From Octopus sinensis (lineage: Eukaryota): 64,000 nucleotides of DNA. The notes below the pieces were generated by a model that did no database searches, was not told the origin of the DNA, and saw only the letters and a program-made list of their open reading frames with translations. Shown here piece by piece: positions 50,430 through 62,654 of this stretch. The first letter of the stretch is position 1; each line of letters begins with the position of its first letter. Both the position numbers and the translations under genes were made by a program. The stretch covers positions 74,834,001 to 74,898,000 of the forward strand of contig NC_042997.1 in the NCBI RefSeq assembly GCF_006345805.1, in the 5' to 3' direction.

Positions 50430-53290
50430 AGCATCTGGAGTGGAGGAAGTACCTAATGGTGCACAGATTGTGTTAAAATCCCTACCTACTCTAGCATTAA
50501 AGTCATCCAGTACGATGACTTTGTCTACCTGAGGGATATTTCTTATAATGCCCTTCAAAGCATGGTAGAAAGAAATTTTTTCATCATCAGTATAGCAGTG
50601 TAATAGTAATGGCATGCTTTTGCTGCAGATGTGTGAGGAGCTGTTTCAACAAGAGAATAAGTTTAAGACCACATGAATGCACCCTGCATCTAAAGAATGG
50701 CATATTCTGGATTACATTCTTGTTAGAGTGCATGACAGACAGGATGTGCAGTGTGTTCGTGTTCTTCGTGGAGCTGAGTGTTGGACTGACCACCACCTAG
50801 TACATACAAAAGTGAAATTAGTCACAAAACATAAAATCCGAGCTGCAGGGATTACCCTGTCTAAAAGACTGAATGTTGATCATCTTAAGTGTAATAGTGT
50901 GAAGAGAACTTTACGAGAGGAAATGAATGCTGCAGATATTGGGGGGGATTAGCTGACCCTTAAAAAGTCAGTTTATGATATAGGCAAGAAAGTTCTGGGA
51001 TTGATACAAAGAAAGCATCAAGATTGGTTTAAAGAAAATGATGAATATATAGATGATTTATTGGCTGATAAAAGACGTACTTTGTCACGCTATCTGTCAG
51101 CAAAGCCACAGGAAAGGGAAGTGTTGCATAGGGAACTCAAGAATGTAAAATCACGTGTGAGGCAAAGGCTTTCTCAGATGAGCGATACATGGTGGAATAA
51201 GAGGGCTGATGAGATACAGGTGGTGTTGGATTCCAATAACACAAAGCTGTTGTATGGTCTTTTGCGAGAAGTTTATGGACCAACGTCTTCTCTGATGGCA
51301 CCACTTAGAAGCAGGGATGGTAAAGAACTTCGTCATTCACAAGGAATTCTGTGAAGGTGGCAAGAACACTTTGATGAAATTTTGAATCAGCAGTCTATAG
51401 TTAGTGAGGATGTTCTCAATTTCATCCCTGGATCACCTGTGAAGTCAGCATTCGTATAAGGGAAAGGGCAACAGAAATGATTGTGGTAACTATAGAGGAG
51501 TATCATTGCTTTCTGTCGTAGGAAAGGTTTTATGCAGAGTACTTCTGGATCACCTGCTGAAACACGTTGCAGATTGTGTTCTTCCAGAAAGTCAATCTGG
51601 CTTTCGTGTGGGACGTGGCACTGCTGATATGATCTTTTCAGCTAGACAGCTTCAGGAAAAGTGTGTGGAACAGGGTCTGGATTTGTATCAGGTTTTTGTC
51701 GATCTGACAACAGCCTTTGATACCGTTAATAGAAAAGCATTGTGGAAAGTCCTCCAGAAACTTGGGTGTCCTGAAAAGTTCCTTGCTTTGGTTAGGTCTT
51801 TTCATGAAGACATGAAGGATAGGGTTAATGTTAGAGGGAAGATGTTGGAGCCCATTTCAATACAAAATGGAGTGAAACAGAGGGATATTCTGGCACTGAC
51901 CTTATTTGCCATATATTTTGCGATGGTTTTCGGTATTGCATTCAGAAACTGCAGATATGGTGTTTACATCCATTATCGAACCTCTGGCAGCATATTTAAT
52001 ATCAGGCGCTTTGTTGCAAAAGCAAGGGTATTTACCTCTATCATAAGAGACCTTTTGTATGCAAATGATTGTGAGCTAGTAGCACACACAGAGAATGATA
52101 TGCAACACATTTTGAATGCATTCTCTGATGCTTGCACTGCCTTAGGATTTACAGTCAATCTCAAGAAAACTGTTGTCATGTACCAACCTGCCCCTGGTAA
52201 GCAGAATAGTGTACCAAATATCTATGTGTATGGTAAACAACTTGATGTAGTTGATCAGTTTGTCTACCTGAGAAGCACTATTAATAGATATAGTAATTTG
52301 GATGATGAATTTCCATATAGAATTAGGAAAGCAAGTGTTGCTTTTGGAAGGCTAGAAAGGTACCTCTGGAGTCGGTGAGATATATGCAGAAAGACAAAGA
52401 TAAAGGTGTACAAGGCAGATGTGTGCTCCCTTCTCTTCTCTATGCCTGCAAGACGTGGGTCACATATTGATACCACCTTAAACAACTGGACCGTTTCCAT
52501 CAGATGTGTCTCAGACAGATCTATGGCATTAAGTGAGAAGACCACATCAGTGATCTTGAAATATTGGAAGGCTCTCGGTGTGAAAGTATAGAAGCTCTTG
52601 TTTTAAAGCAAAAGCTCTGATGGAGTGGTTGTCTGGTCAGGATGAAGGATTCAAGAATGCCAAACCAACTCTTTTATGGAGAGTTAGCTAAAGGAGAACG
52701 ACCTCCACATAAACCAAAACAGAGGTATAAGGACTTGCTGAAGGCTTCCTTGAGAGATGCCTGCATCTCTCCTGACACATGGGAGGGCATAGCTATTGAT
52801 TGTAGCAGGTGGAGAAGGATTGTGCACGAGGGAAAAGCTACTTTTCAGAAATCTCGAGTTGCGCATGAGAAAGTAAGGATGGATGTCAAGAAGGGCATCG
52901 CTGTTACATTTCTAGATGGGAAGGGTCTTCCTATGATGCTGACATGCAGTGTCTGTGCAAGACCCTGCCTCAGTAAAGCTCGACTCAAGAGTCATCTTCG
53001 TAGTCACAGAGCGACACAGATGAGTGACAACCTGGCCACTGGTGGTGGTGCTACACACCATACTAATCATATCTGTCAAGCATGTGGAAGAGAGTGTAAT
53101 TCAGCAGGAGGACTTAAACGACATGCAAAGGTACATGAAGCCCAGTTACAACTACAGCTGGCTATTACCGGTAAAGGTTTTAGCTGCCAATTCTGTACAA
53201 GATATTGTAGATCTTTAGCTGGGCTAAAAAGTCACATTCGATCACAGCACCAATAACAGTTAAGCTTCGTGCAATGGCCATACTTGATAA
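50430..53290 (+). mobile_element. BovB-like RTE LINE, 5'-truncated with inverted 5' tip, degenerate
   Basis: HILDYILVR, QSGFRVGRGTADMIF, VDLTTAFDTV, GVKQRDIL, LLYAND, LRWSGHL-like C-terminus, three C2H2 fingers; many stops. Confidence 0.92.
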
Positions 53291-53371
53291 TGAGGGGGCA
53301 GCTATCATGTATATGTATATATATGTATATATATATATAAATAGGAAAAAAGCAACAAGAATGGATTAAAA

Positions 53372-53460
53372 TCTCGGTACGATCGTTTCGTATGAGGACA
53401 TCTTTAATAAGCTACAAAAAATGCAGTGAATACAGATGGCTCGTACTCGTCAGCCGAAAA
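53372..53460 (-). ncRNA. Type I hammerhead ribozyme
   Basis: Minus strand ttttcgg-CTGACGA-gtacgag c catct(30-nt loop)agatg tc ctcatac-GAAA-cgatcg-TA-ccgaga: full catalytic core, G10.1:C11.1 pair, palindromic stem III, GUA triplet, 6-bp stem I. Confidence 0.8.
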
Positions 53461-53499
53461 AACATCAGAGAATTCCCAAACATCAAAAGGGGTAGATAC

Positions 53500-54010
53500 A
53501 AAAGAGGTTGTAAGATTAGCTGCATTGAAGAAAGTTCGATTCATGGAGATCCGATGAAAGGTTTTAAACCTACAGAATTTATGCATGTCTACATATAGCT
53601 CATATTGAATATTTGATCAAGTTGTGTGAAGAAATTTTCTGATACAGTCATGCAAAATTTCTGAAAATCCGAGTAAGAGGCAAAGTGACTACCATATCAT
53701 GTAGAGGAAAGTCTGAGTAAAAGCAAAGTGACTGTCATATCGTGTAGCGGAACAGATTGTTATCGAAATTTACAAGAATCGCAGATAAGTTCGATTTTTG
53801 GAGATCCGATGAAAAAGTCTTGAACTTACAAAATATGTGTATGTCCTTATAGTTCATAATCCAGTTTTGTGAAGAGATTTAGGGTACAATCATGCGAAAA
53901 ATATCAGGGAATCCGAATGAGAAGCAAAATGACATTGTAGCGGTTCAGGTTGTTAATGAATTTTACAAGAATCACAGAAAGAGGAGGAAGGAAGTAGAAA
54001 TTTAATCAGT
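53500..54010. repeat. Degenerate ~255-bp tandem repeat, unclassified
   Basis: aagttcgatt..tggagatccgatgaa at ~53532 and ~53788, followed by similar blocks. Confidence 0.65.
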
Positions 54011-54589
54011 TACTGCTATTTAAGCTGTCAAAGAGAAAGGAAAGGGGAAGCTAAGGGGATGGGCACAAGTTGATACTAACAGAAAAATCTAAGCTTGTTT
54101 AGAACAAAATTCGAACTGAGGTCAACAATTTATTTCTTTATTTATAAATGTTACTATTAATAGATTGTCAGGTTACAAAGAGGTCATTAGAAAGGAAAGA
54201 AAAATGGGGTTGTTTTTAAATGAAATTAAACAATTATATTATTATTATACTATACTATAATACACTACACTATATTATATTATATTATTTTATTATATTA
54301 TATCATATCACAATACACTACGATAGGTCTGGGATTAGCAGAATTAATTTTTAGTGTAAAAGAAAATAAGAGATTTAACTAACTAATATTTGTAATGGGT
54401 TAAAAAATAGACTAAGAAATAGAGATAAAAATAGAGCAAAATTAAATTTATTAATAATATGGTCCAATAGAAATAAATCAAATAATTTAAATCAATAAGT
54501 ATTAAATAGTACCATCAGAGAGAGAAAATTATAATCATAGCTAGTTAGATCTTATCTTTCTAGTTAAATATATAATATACTATGTAGGA

Positions 54590-54638
<49 letters not shown>

Positions 54639-55029
54639 TGCATATATATACATGTGTGCGTGCATGCAAGTATGTGTATATATAGATGTGTTTTACACTT
54701 ATTGCTTATTTTTACACTTTTTCATACATTTTTCTGTATTTTGCTTTTAGCCCTGTTTTTTTCTTGTGCATGTGCATATACAGACGTGTGTATGAACCTT
54801 TTTGTGCAAGTGTGTGTGTGTGTGGGTGTAAGTATGTATGTGGGAATATATATATCTTTTGGCAAATGTGTGGGTGAGCATGTGAGTGTGTTTCAAGTGA
54901 GGGTGGATGAGTATATGTGTATGTATGGACATGCACACTTATGGATTACTATGAACATGTTTACTCCCTTATATTTACTCTCTCCCCTTACTTAGCGGTC
55001 ATTCTAATAGCTCTTTTGTCTTAATAACA

Positions 55030-55915
55030 GTTAATCACACAGAATTGGAACACTGCATCTCTGAGATCAGAAGGCGTTTTAACAATGGTACAAATGAAAT
55101 CGATGGCAATATTACCATTTTCATCCCCTGGTATTTTGCCTTCGCCAAGTGCAAGGAGGGTGTGAGAAAATGCTGCTGATGTGATATCACGTCGCATATG
55201 AGCACGCATATTGGTGTGAAGTTTGAGAGTCTTCACCAGTAGCCACAATGTGGATGACTTAAGACACGCACTTACTGCATCAGCTGTAGTCCCTTTGGGA
55301 ATAACGGGAAGTGTTTGTCGGAAGTCCCCTGAAAGAAGAAGTGTTATGCCTCCCATGGGAACTGAAGAGTGTTTGATGTCTCTGAGAGATCTATCTAGTG
55401 CCTGAAGAGCACGTCTGTGGGCCATCGTGCATTCATCCCAAACGATAAGCTTGCATCGTCTGAATACTTCTGCCTGATCGGAGCTGTTACTGATGTTGCA
55501 AGTTGGTGTCTCAGTCTTCGCTAAGTCAAGCGGGAGCTTGAAAGTGGAGTAAGCTGTCCTGCCGCCTGGCAATAAAAGTAGCCGCAATTCCAGATGATGC
55601 CACAGCTAGGGCAATGCCTTGTGTTCACCTAATCTCAGCCAATATTAATTTGTTGACAAAAGTTTTCCCAGTGCCCCCAGGAGTATCCAGGAAAAATATC
55701 CCCACAGCTTTGGCCCGGACTGAATTAACAACGGAGTTGTAAGCGAACTTCTGTTCTGGAAGGAGCTTTGGCTCATTGTTGGCTATGTACTCGGCAAGTT
55801 CGTCAACATTAAAACATGTCTCATGCAGCAAATGTGAAGACAGAGTGTTTGTGCCTTCCTGGTTTGTTGAAGGTAGGCCATAGACCGGCAAGGCACTACC
55901 GCCCATATCAAGTAC
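55030..55915 (-). pseudogene. Helitron PIF1-like helicase fragment
   Basis: FFLDTPGGTGKTF (Walker A), LLPGGRTAYSTFKLP, LIVWDECTM, LLSGDFRQTLPV, LHTNMR. Confidence 0.93.
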
Positions 55916-56843
55916 AGTATCTTCGAACGTAGTTTGTTACCACACAGCCACACCTGCCCCTATGTATGTGTGTGTGTACGTGTGTGTGTATGGGTAGATA
56001 TATTATGCATGTATATATGTGTATATATATATATGTGTACATATTACATGTACATCTATATATATATATATACATCTACACATAAAATACAAAATACAAA
56101 GTTATATCTTGATATCGCTAGTGATAACAATACTCAAAATATATAACAGACTGGAATTGTAGGCCCGTCTCTCGCAATTTCAATCAATTGGATCTTGTAT
56201 AGAAGTGTACGGCTGCAGCGAAATTCATTTTTGGACTTTCTTCTATGAAAGGCATTTTAACAAAAATGCTTCCATGTAAACGGTGAAAATATTGTCAATT
56301 TCCCCAAACAGGGACACAATTCAATTTTAAAACAATAACCAAAGCCCCTTCTCCGAAAGGGGGAGGGTTACGGTTTATAATTATTTAACAAATGCAACAC
56401 AACAACGTTTCCCTGATGAGGAACCAACAAACGTGATTATAATAGTCAAACAGTAATAATAACAACAAACCTTTTTAATTTATCTCCATTTATGTGAAAC
56501 CACTTATTCAAGTTCAAGTCATTGATGCAATTTTATACGAATTGCTAATACACACACACATAATAAGGGTGAAAAATTGAATATTAATTTGATTAATATG
56601 AATTGAAAACCAGTGGTGTAGCATATAAGACCACAGCGGATCTTCTTCTAGCAAAAAGGATGACCAGTATTAATTGCTCATCCCTTTTATATAAATACTT
56701 TCACTTTAATTGTTGCACACTTGCAAAGAGAAAGAAGGAGAAAGTGTAGTGGTAATGGTAGGAGTGAAGCACTTGAAATGAAAGAGGAAAATCGTAAAAA
56801 TTTACTTTTCTCGAATTTTTTCTTAATTGGGGGTGAAATTGAA

Positions 56844-57023
56844 AAAACTTTACATGCCACGACCCGATGGAATCTACTTGTAAAAATGATAGGTAAATTC
56901 TAATTGAAGAAATTCTATATTGTAGAATTGTATAAAAAACGAACGGTTTGGGAGGCAGAGAAAATCTGCCTTTTATCATAAGAGATACATATGTGTATAT
57001 ATATGTATATATATACATATGTG

Positions 57024-57087
<64 letters not shown>

Positions 57088-57320
57088 CACATATGTATAT
57101 ATATACATATATACACATATATATATATATATATATACATACACATATGTATATATATACATATATATACACATATGTATCTCTTATGATAAAAGGCAGA
57201 TTTTCTCTGCCTCCCAACCGTTCGTTTTTTATACAATTCTACAATATAGAATTTCTTCAATTAGAATTTACCTATCATTTTTACAAGTAGATTCCATCGG
57301 GTCGTGGCATGTAAAGTTTT
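56844..57320. repeat. ~477-bp near-perfect palindrome centred on (TA)n
   Basis: Arms aaaactttacatgccacgacccg...cataagagatacatatg match apart from one 1-nt indel. Confidence 0.95.
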
Positions 57321-57356
57321 ACATAAATGTATAGTTTTACATATATGTAAAGTTTT

Positions 57357-57401
<45 letters not shown>

Positions 57402-57489
57402 CATATACAAATAAATACACACTTACATATACATATATATACATACATACATAAGCAAATATGCTCAACTAATTCTGAACGATCTTGAT

Positions 57490-58143
57490 GTGAGTTCATC
57501 TGGGGAGTGGTGCTCCCCCAAACCGAAGAAGAGGCAGTGCAGTTCAAAACCAGGCGGGAAAGTTATGACCACTAAACCCATTCCGATCGACCCCACAGGC
57601 CGACATAAGTCTGATGGCTATGAAACCACCCTTTCGAAATCATCCAGTGAAAAATCGAATACCGCAGCTCATAGTAGAGAACATTTTGCCCACTCAAGAT
57701 CAGCAATAATTTATGGTAAAGCTGAATCCACCTGTGATACAGGCATAAATCGCCTAAAAGAAGACATTAATTTTGTTTCCATTTTAGTTGGAGAATTGTT
57801 CTCTGTCAACGAAAATGTCAGTATTCATAAGGTCGCTTGGCTAGGAAGATTCCAAGCGAACTCAACCTCAGATACTAGACCACGCCCAATAAGGGTAATC
57901 TTTTCTTCCGATCAGGAGGCTTCAACCTTTCTGAATAGAGCTCAGACGCATGCCTGGGAAGACCCCAATATGTGTTTTCGTGAGGAATACTCACTGAGAG
58001 AGAGAATTCGCCGGAGAAACCTAATATCCGAACTAAAGATGAGAAAACAGATGGGAGAGAAGGGTTTACGCATTCAAGATGGACAAATAGTCAAGTCCTA
58101 CCTCTGGTCGCATGCTGTAGTGCTGACAGGGAAAGTGAATTGA
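57490..58143 (+). CDS. CR1 ORF1 (probably 5'-truncated)
   Basis: RPRPIRVIF...FREEYSLRERIRRRNLISELK resembles CR1/L2 ORF1 C-termini; its stop overlaps the ORF2 start. Confidence 0.75.
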   Translation: MSSSGEWCSPKPKKRQCSSKPGGKVMTTKPIPIDPTGRHKSDGYETTLSKSSSEKSNTAAHSREHFAHSRSAIIYGKAESTCDTGINRLKEDINFVSILVGELFSVNENVSIHKVAWLGRFQANSTSDTRPRPIRVIFSSDQEASTFLNRAQTHAWEDPNMCFREEYSLRERIRRRNLISELKMRKQMGEKGLRIQDGQIVKSYLWSHAVVLTGKVN

Positions 58144-60896
58144 GGGAAAATCGAAGTAAAGTAGATACCCCCGTCAACGATGCTTCTGATACCCCTTATT
58201 CTGCTTGTTCCCCAACTCCCGCCCCTCAAACTTCACAGCTCAGCATCGTCTATACCAACTCGTGCTCCTTATTTCCAAAGTTCAGCGAACTATTTACACT
58301 GGCCATACGTGACTCCCCTGATGTGATAGCTATCACCGAGACTTGGCTGACTTCAGCAGTAAAGGACTCAGAAATCCACCTACAGGGCTACGTCCTCTTC
58401 AGATGTGACAGAGGAAAAAGGCGAGGTGGAGGTGTTGCTGTGTATGTTAAATCTGATCACAAACTGTCCAGCGGTATTCTACCCACTAATGCTCAACCTA
58501 CAACAAAATTCGATGCCATCTATTGCAAGCTGAGTCTATCCGAGTTTTGCCTGCCCGTGTTAGCTGTCTACAGGCCGCCTCTCGCTGACCCCCAGGACGA
58601 TGCTCATTTACTCGAAGCGATAAGATTCGTTTCAGCTTCGCATGACTGTTTGATACTAGGAGACTTCAACGCACCCACGATTGATTGGCCCGCATCAATT
58701 TGTACATCATCTTCCCGGTTCGGCCAGGCCCTTCTTGACGTGGCTGAAGATTGTTTTCTATCGCAACATGTTGAATATCCAACAAGGCATCGGTCTGGGC
58801 AGCAGCCATCTATGCTGGATCTGGTATTCTCCCGCTATCCAAGATCAGTGTCAGACGTATTTGTGTGCGCCCCTCTTGCAAGGAGTGATCATGCGGTCCT
58901 GAAGGTCGTCATGCACACAACTTTTTCTACGCCCACGACTACTTCGCTGCCACGTAGAGTCTTCTCTGCAATTAATCTTGAAATTCTAACCGAGGCTTCC
59001 GCGCTTCTGGACTGGCGATCCCTGATGACGTTGTCCTCTGTTGACGAACTATGGTCATCCCTCAAAGCATATGTAATCTGGTTGACTGACCAGGCAGTTC
59101 CCGTTGGGCTTCCCAAGAAGAAGAAACACAAGCCCTGGGTGACGAAGAAGGTTAAACGAGAACTTCGACTCAGAGATATTGCTTGGGCTGAATTCAAAAA
59201 TCTGGATTCGACTGCAGCTTTTGAGGTGTACAAAACTCAACGAGACCGAGCCATGAAAATTGAAAAGGAAGAACGCTTCAGTTATGAATACAAAATCGCG
59301 GCAAATGCCAGTAGCAATCCAAAAACCTTCTTTGCCTATGTCCAACGGAATTCCCGCTTGAACAACCAGATTGCAACGTTGGTAGACTCAACAGGCGTAT
59401 CGATTGAGGACCCTTATCAACAGAGTCAATTATTTGCCGAGGCTTTTTCAACTATTTTCAAACAAGATGATGGTCGTGAACCCCCTCCATTTGATAGATC
59501 GCTACCTCCAATGCTTCGATTGGTTATCACGCGGAACGAAGTCAAACGTGTTATTCAAGGCCTCGATGTCAACAAGGGTCACGGCCCTGACGGCATACAC
59601 CCACGGGTTATCAAAGCGTTGGCTCCAGTCATCTGCGAGCCCTTAACACGTCTATTCAATATGTCATTGGCGACGGGTGTTATACCTGCGGACTGGAGAA
59701 CAGCGATAATCTGCCCAATTTTCAAGAAAGGGAGCCGCGAAGACCCGCTTAACTACCGACCGGTTTCCCTTACATCAATAATCAGCAAGATGTTCGAAAC
59801 CATCCTTAAGAAAAGTATGATGCTCCACCTCCAAAACACAGCCTCTATCTCTGATTCCCAACACGGCTTCGTGCCGAAGAGATCATGCTTGACCAACTTA
59901 CTGGTAATGAAAGAATTGGTGACGTGCATCCTCGATGATAGTGATGCTGTTGACATCGTTTTATTGGACTTTGCCAAAGCTTTTGACTTGGTAAACCACT
60001 GCCTATTACTTGTCAAGCTTCAAGCATATAGTTTCCATCCGGATATTGTACGATGGGTTGGTGCCTTCCTCTCAGATCGCTCCTTCCAAGTCCAAGTTAA
60101 TGGTTCGCGGTCCGACGTTTCCAGTGCGAGCAGTGGCATGCCTCAAGGTTCAGTGCTTGGGCCCTTATTGTTCTTAGTCTTCATAAATGACTTGCCCGAC
60201 GACCTCACACAACACACCCTTCTATTTGCCGATGATGTCAAACTGGTCGCTCCTTGCGGTGATATAGAGGATCTTCATCGATGCCTCCACCAAATTTGGA
60301 GGTGGTCTAACGAATGGGACCTGTCTCTGAACGTGTCAAAGTGCTGTCATCTGCCTGTTGGCTCTCCTCCTGCAACTCAACTTGATTTCGAGCCGGGTCG
60401 TCTGCTGCTGGAGAGGACCGATCAGGTAAAGGACCTGGGTATCTTGCTGGATTCCTCCTTTTCGCCTTCGGCCCAGTGCATCCATGCTGCCAACAAAGCA
60501 CGCGGAATTCTGTTCTTGATTCGACGGTCATTCGGAATGCTCACAGCAGCCATATTCCTACCACTCTATGTCACGCTGGTGAGACCCATATTGGAGTACG
60601 GGATTCAAGCCTCTTCTCCTTATCTCCTCAAAGACATACAGCATCTCGAAAGAGTCCAGAAGCTGGCTACCCGCATGGTTCATGGACTCAAAAATTTGTC
60701 CTATGAAGAAAGGCTGAGGACGCTCGACCTTTATTCTCTAGAAAAACGCCGCCGCCGTGGTGATCTCATTCTCGCCCACAACATCATAAGTGGAAAGTGT
60801 AACCTCTTGAAAGAGCTGTTCTTCACTCCTGCTCCAGAGCGTCGGCTGAGGGGTCATTCCGAAAAGCTCTACCTGCGACGATTTCATCTCAATTGA
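58140..60896 (+). CDS. CR1 ORF2, endonuclease + reverse transcriptase (late nonsense codon)
   Basis: IAITETWL, GGGVAVYV, LGDFN, LDLVF, SDH, GPDGIHP, NYRPVSLTS, DFAKAFD, PQGSVLGP, LFADD; the frame continues in-frame after TGA at 60894 (RRGAFSVRVADPWNKLP). Confidence 0.93.
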   Translation: MRENRSKVDTPVNDASDTPYSACSPTPAPQTSQLSIVYTNSCSLFPKFSELFTLAIRDSPDVIAITETWLTSAVKDSEIHLQGYVLFRCDRGKRRGGGVAVYVKSDHKLSSGILPTNAQPTTKFDAIYCKLSLSEFCLPVLAVYRPPLADPQDDAHLLEAIRFVSASHDCLILGDFNAPTIDWPASICTSSSRFGQALLDVAEDCFLSQHVEYPTRHRSGQQPSMLDLVFSRYPRSVSDVFVCAPLARSDHAVLKVVMHTTFSTPTTTSLPRRVFSAINLEILTEASALLDWRSLMTLSSVDELWSSLKAYVIWLTDQAVPVGLPKKKKHKPWVTKKVKRELRLRDIAWAEFKNLDSTAAFEVYKTQRDRAMKIEKEERFSYEYKIAANASSNPKTFFAYVQRNSRLNNQIATLVDSTGVSIEDPYQQSQLFAEAFSTIFKQDDGREPPPFDRSLPPMLRLVITRNEVKRVIQGLDVNKGHGPDGIHPRVIKALAPVICEPLTRLFNMSLATGVIPADWRTAIICPIFKKGSREDPLNYRPVSLTSIISKMFETILKKSMMLHLQNTASISDSQHGFVPKRSCLTNLLVMKELVTCILDDSDAVDIVLLDFAKAFDLVNHCLLLVKLQAYSFHPDIVRWVGAFLSDRSFQVQVNGSRSDVSSASSGMPQGSVLGPLLFLVFINDLPDDLTQHTLLFADDVKLVAPCGDIEDLHRCLHQIWRWSNEWDLSLNVSKCCHLPVGSPPATQLDFEPGRLLLERTDQVKDLGILLDSSFSPSAQCIHAANKARGILFLIRRSFGMLTAAIFLPLYVTLVRPILEYGIQASSPYLLKDIQHLERVQKLATRMVHGLKNLSYEERLRTLDLYSLEKRRRRGDLILAHNIISGKCNLLKELFFTPAPERRLRGHSEKLYLRRFHLN

Positions 60897-61104
60897 AGGA
60901 GAGGAGCTTTCTCCGTCCGGGTTGCGGATCCGTGGAACAAGCTGCCAGACGAGATGGTGAAGATGCCGACAACCGTTTTGTTCAAAGCCTCCCTTGACCT
61001 CAAGTGGCCTGAACTCTTTACATGAAAACCACCCTGTACTCCATGTCCCCCTACATGGCTTTGCTATTTGCTTTTGAGCCAAATTAACTAACTAACTAAC
61101 TAAC

Positions 61105-61214
61105 ATATATACATGTATATAAACATATAAATAAACATATGCACAAATATATAGACAATTATTCATATATATACATATATATATATACATATATATACAT
61201 ATATATATGTACAC

Positions 61215-61247
<33 letters not shown>

Positions 61248-61372
61248 CACATATATATATACACATATATATATACATATATATATACTATATATATATA
61301 TACACATATATATAACATATATATATATACATATATACATATATATATATACATATATACATATATATATAC

Positions 61373-61403
<31 letters not shown>

Positions 61404-61616
61404 CATATATATACATACATATATATATACATATATATATACATATATATATATACATATATATATATACATATATATACATACATATATATATATATAT
61501 AACATATATATATATATACTATATATACATATATATATATATTATACATATATATACATATATATATATACATATATTATATATATATACATATATATAT
61601 ATACATATATATATAT

Positions 61617-61649
<33 letters not shown>

Positions 61650-61651
61650 CA
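61105..61651. repeat. (TA)n/(TATACA)n microsatellite
   Basis: Direct reading. Confidence 0.95.
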
Positions 61652-62622
61652 TTGACTGCTGAGGATATGCGTAAGCTCGCAAGAAATGAAGCCAGTATGC
61701 TTCGATGGATGTGTAATGTCAGTGTTCATAATCGACAGAGTGTAAGTACCTTGAGAGAAAAGTTGAACCTAAGAAGCATCAGTTGTGGTGTGCATGAGAG
61801 ACGGCTGCGCTGGTATGGTCATGTGACGAGAATGGCTGAAGATAGTTGTGTGCAAAAGTGCTACACCCTAGCAGTTGAGGGAACCTGTGGAAGAGGTAGA
61901 CCCAGGAAAACCTGGGACGAGGTGGTGAAGCACGACCTTCGAACTTTAGGTCTCACCAAGGAAATGACTAGAGACCGAGACCTATGGAAGTATGCTGTGC
62001 GTGAGAAGACCCGGCAAGACTAGTGAGGCCATAACCCATGGCCCCTACCTGGGACGTAGTCAGTCCACCTGTGCATACCTTCCTTCTTGTGACACTTGTG
62101 AAGACCAGTTGAGGCAAGTGAAAATCAAATCAAACCAAATCAAAATAGATGAACATCAATGGAATTTGTATCTTTGTGGTGCCAGTGCCGGTGGCACATA
62201 AGAAAACCATCCAAACGTGGCCGTAGCCAGTACCGCATCGACTGGCCTCCGTGCTGTGGGCACGTAACAAACACCATCCGATCGTGGCCGTTCGCCAGCC
62301 TCGTCTGGCACCTGTGTCGGTGGCACATAAAAAACACCATCCGAGTGTGGACATCTGCCAGCCTCGTCTGGCACCTGTGTCGGTGGCACATAAAAAACAC
62401 GATCCGAGCGTGGCCGTTCGCCAGCCTCGTCTGGCACCTGTGTCGGTGGCACATAAAATCACCCACTACACTCTCGGAGTGGTTGGCATTAGGAAGGGCA
62501 TCCAGCTGTAGAAACACTGCCAGATCTGACTGGCCTGGTGCAGCCTTCGGGCTCCCCAGACCCCAGTTGAACCGTCCAACCCATGTAGCATGGAAAGCGG
62601 ACGTTAAACGATGATGATGATG

Positions 62623-62624
<2 letters not shown>
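61652..62624 (+). mobile_element. RTE 3' fragment flanked by (TA)n
   Basis: [18 protein letters not shown]...EKTRQD*, 3' UTR subrepeats, (GAT)n tail. Confidence 0.95.

Positions 62625-62654
<30 letters not shown>

Larger units (their letters stand above)
57470..61104 (+). mobile_element. Near-intact CR1-clade LINE flanked by (TA)n
   Basis: ORF1 remnant plus 918-aa APE-RT ORF2; (TAAC)n 3' tail. Confidence 0.95.

Noticed and set aside
56405-56435. ctgatgaggaaccaacaaacgt as a second hammerhead
   Set aside because: GAAA core is absent and stems are too weak; at most a decayed remnant.
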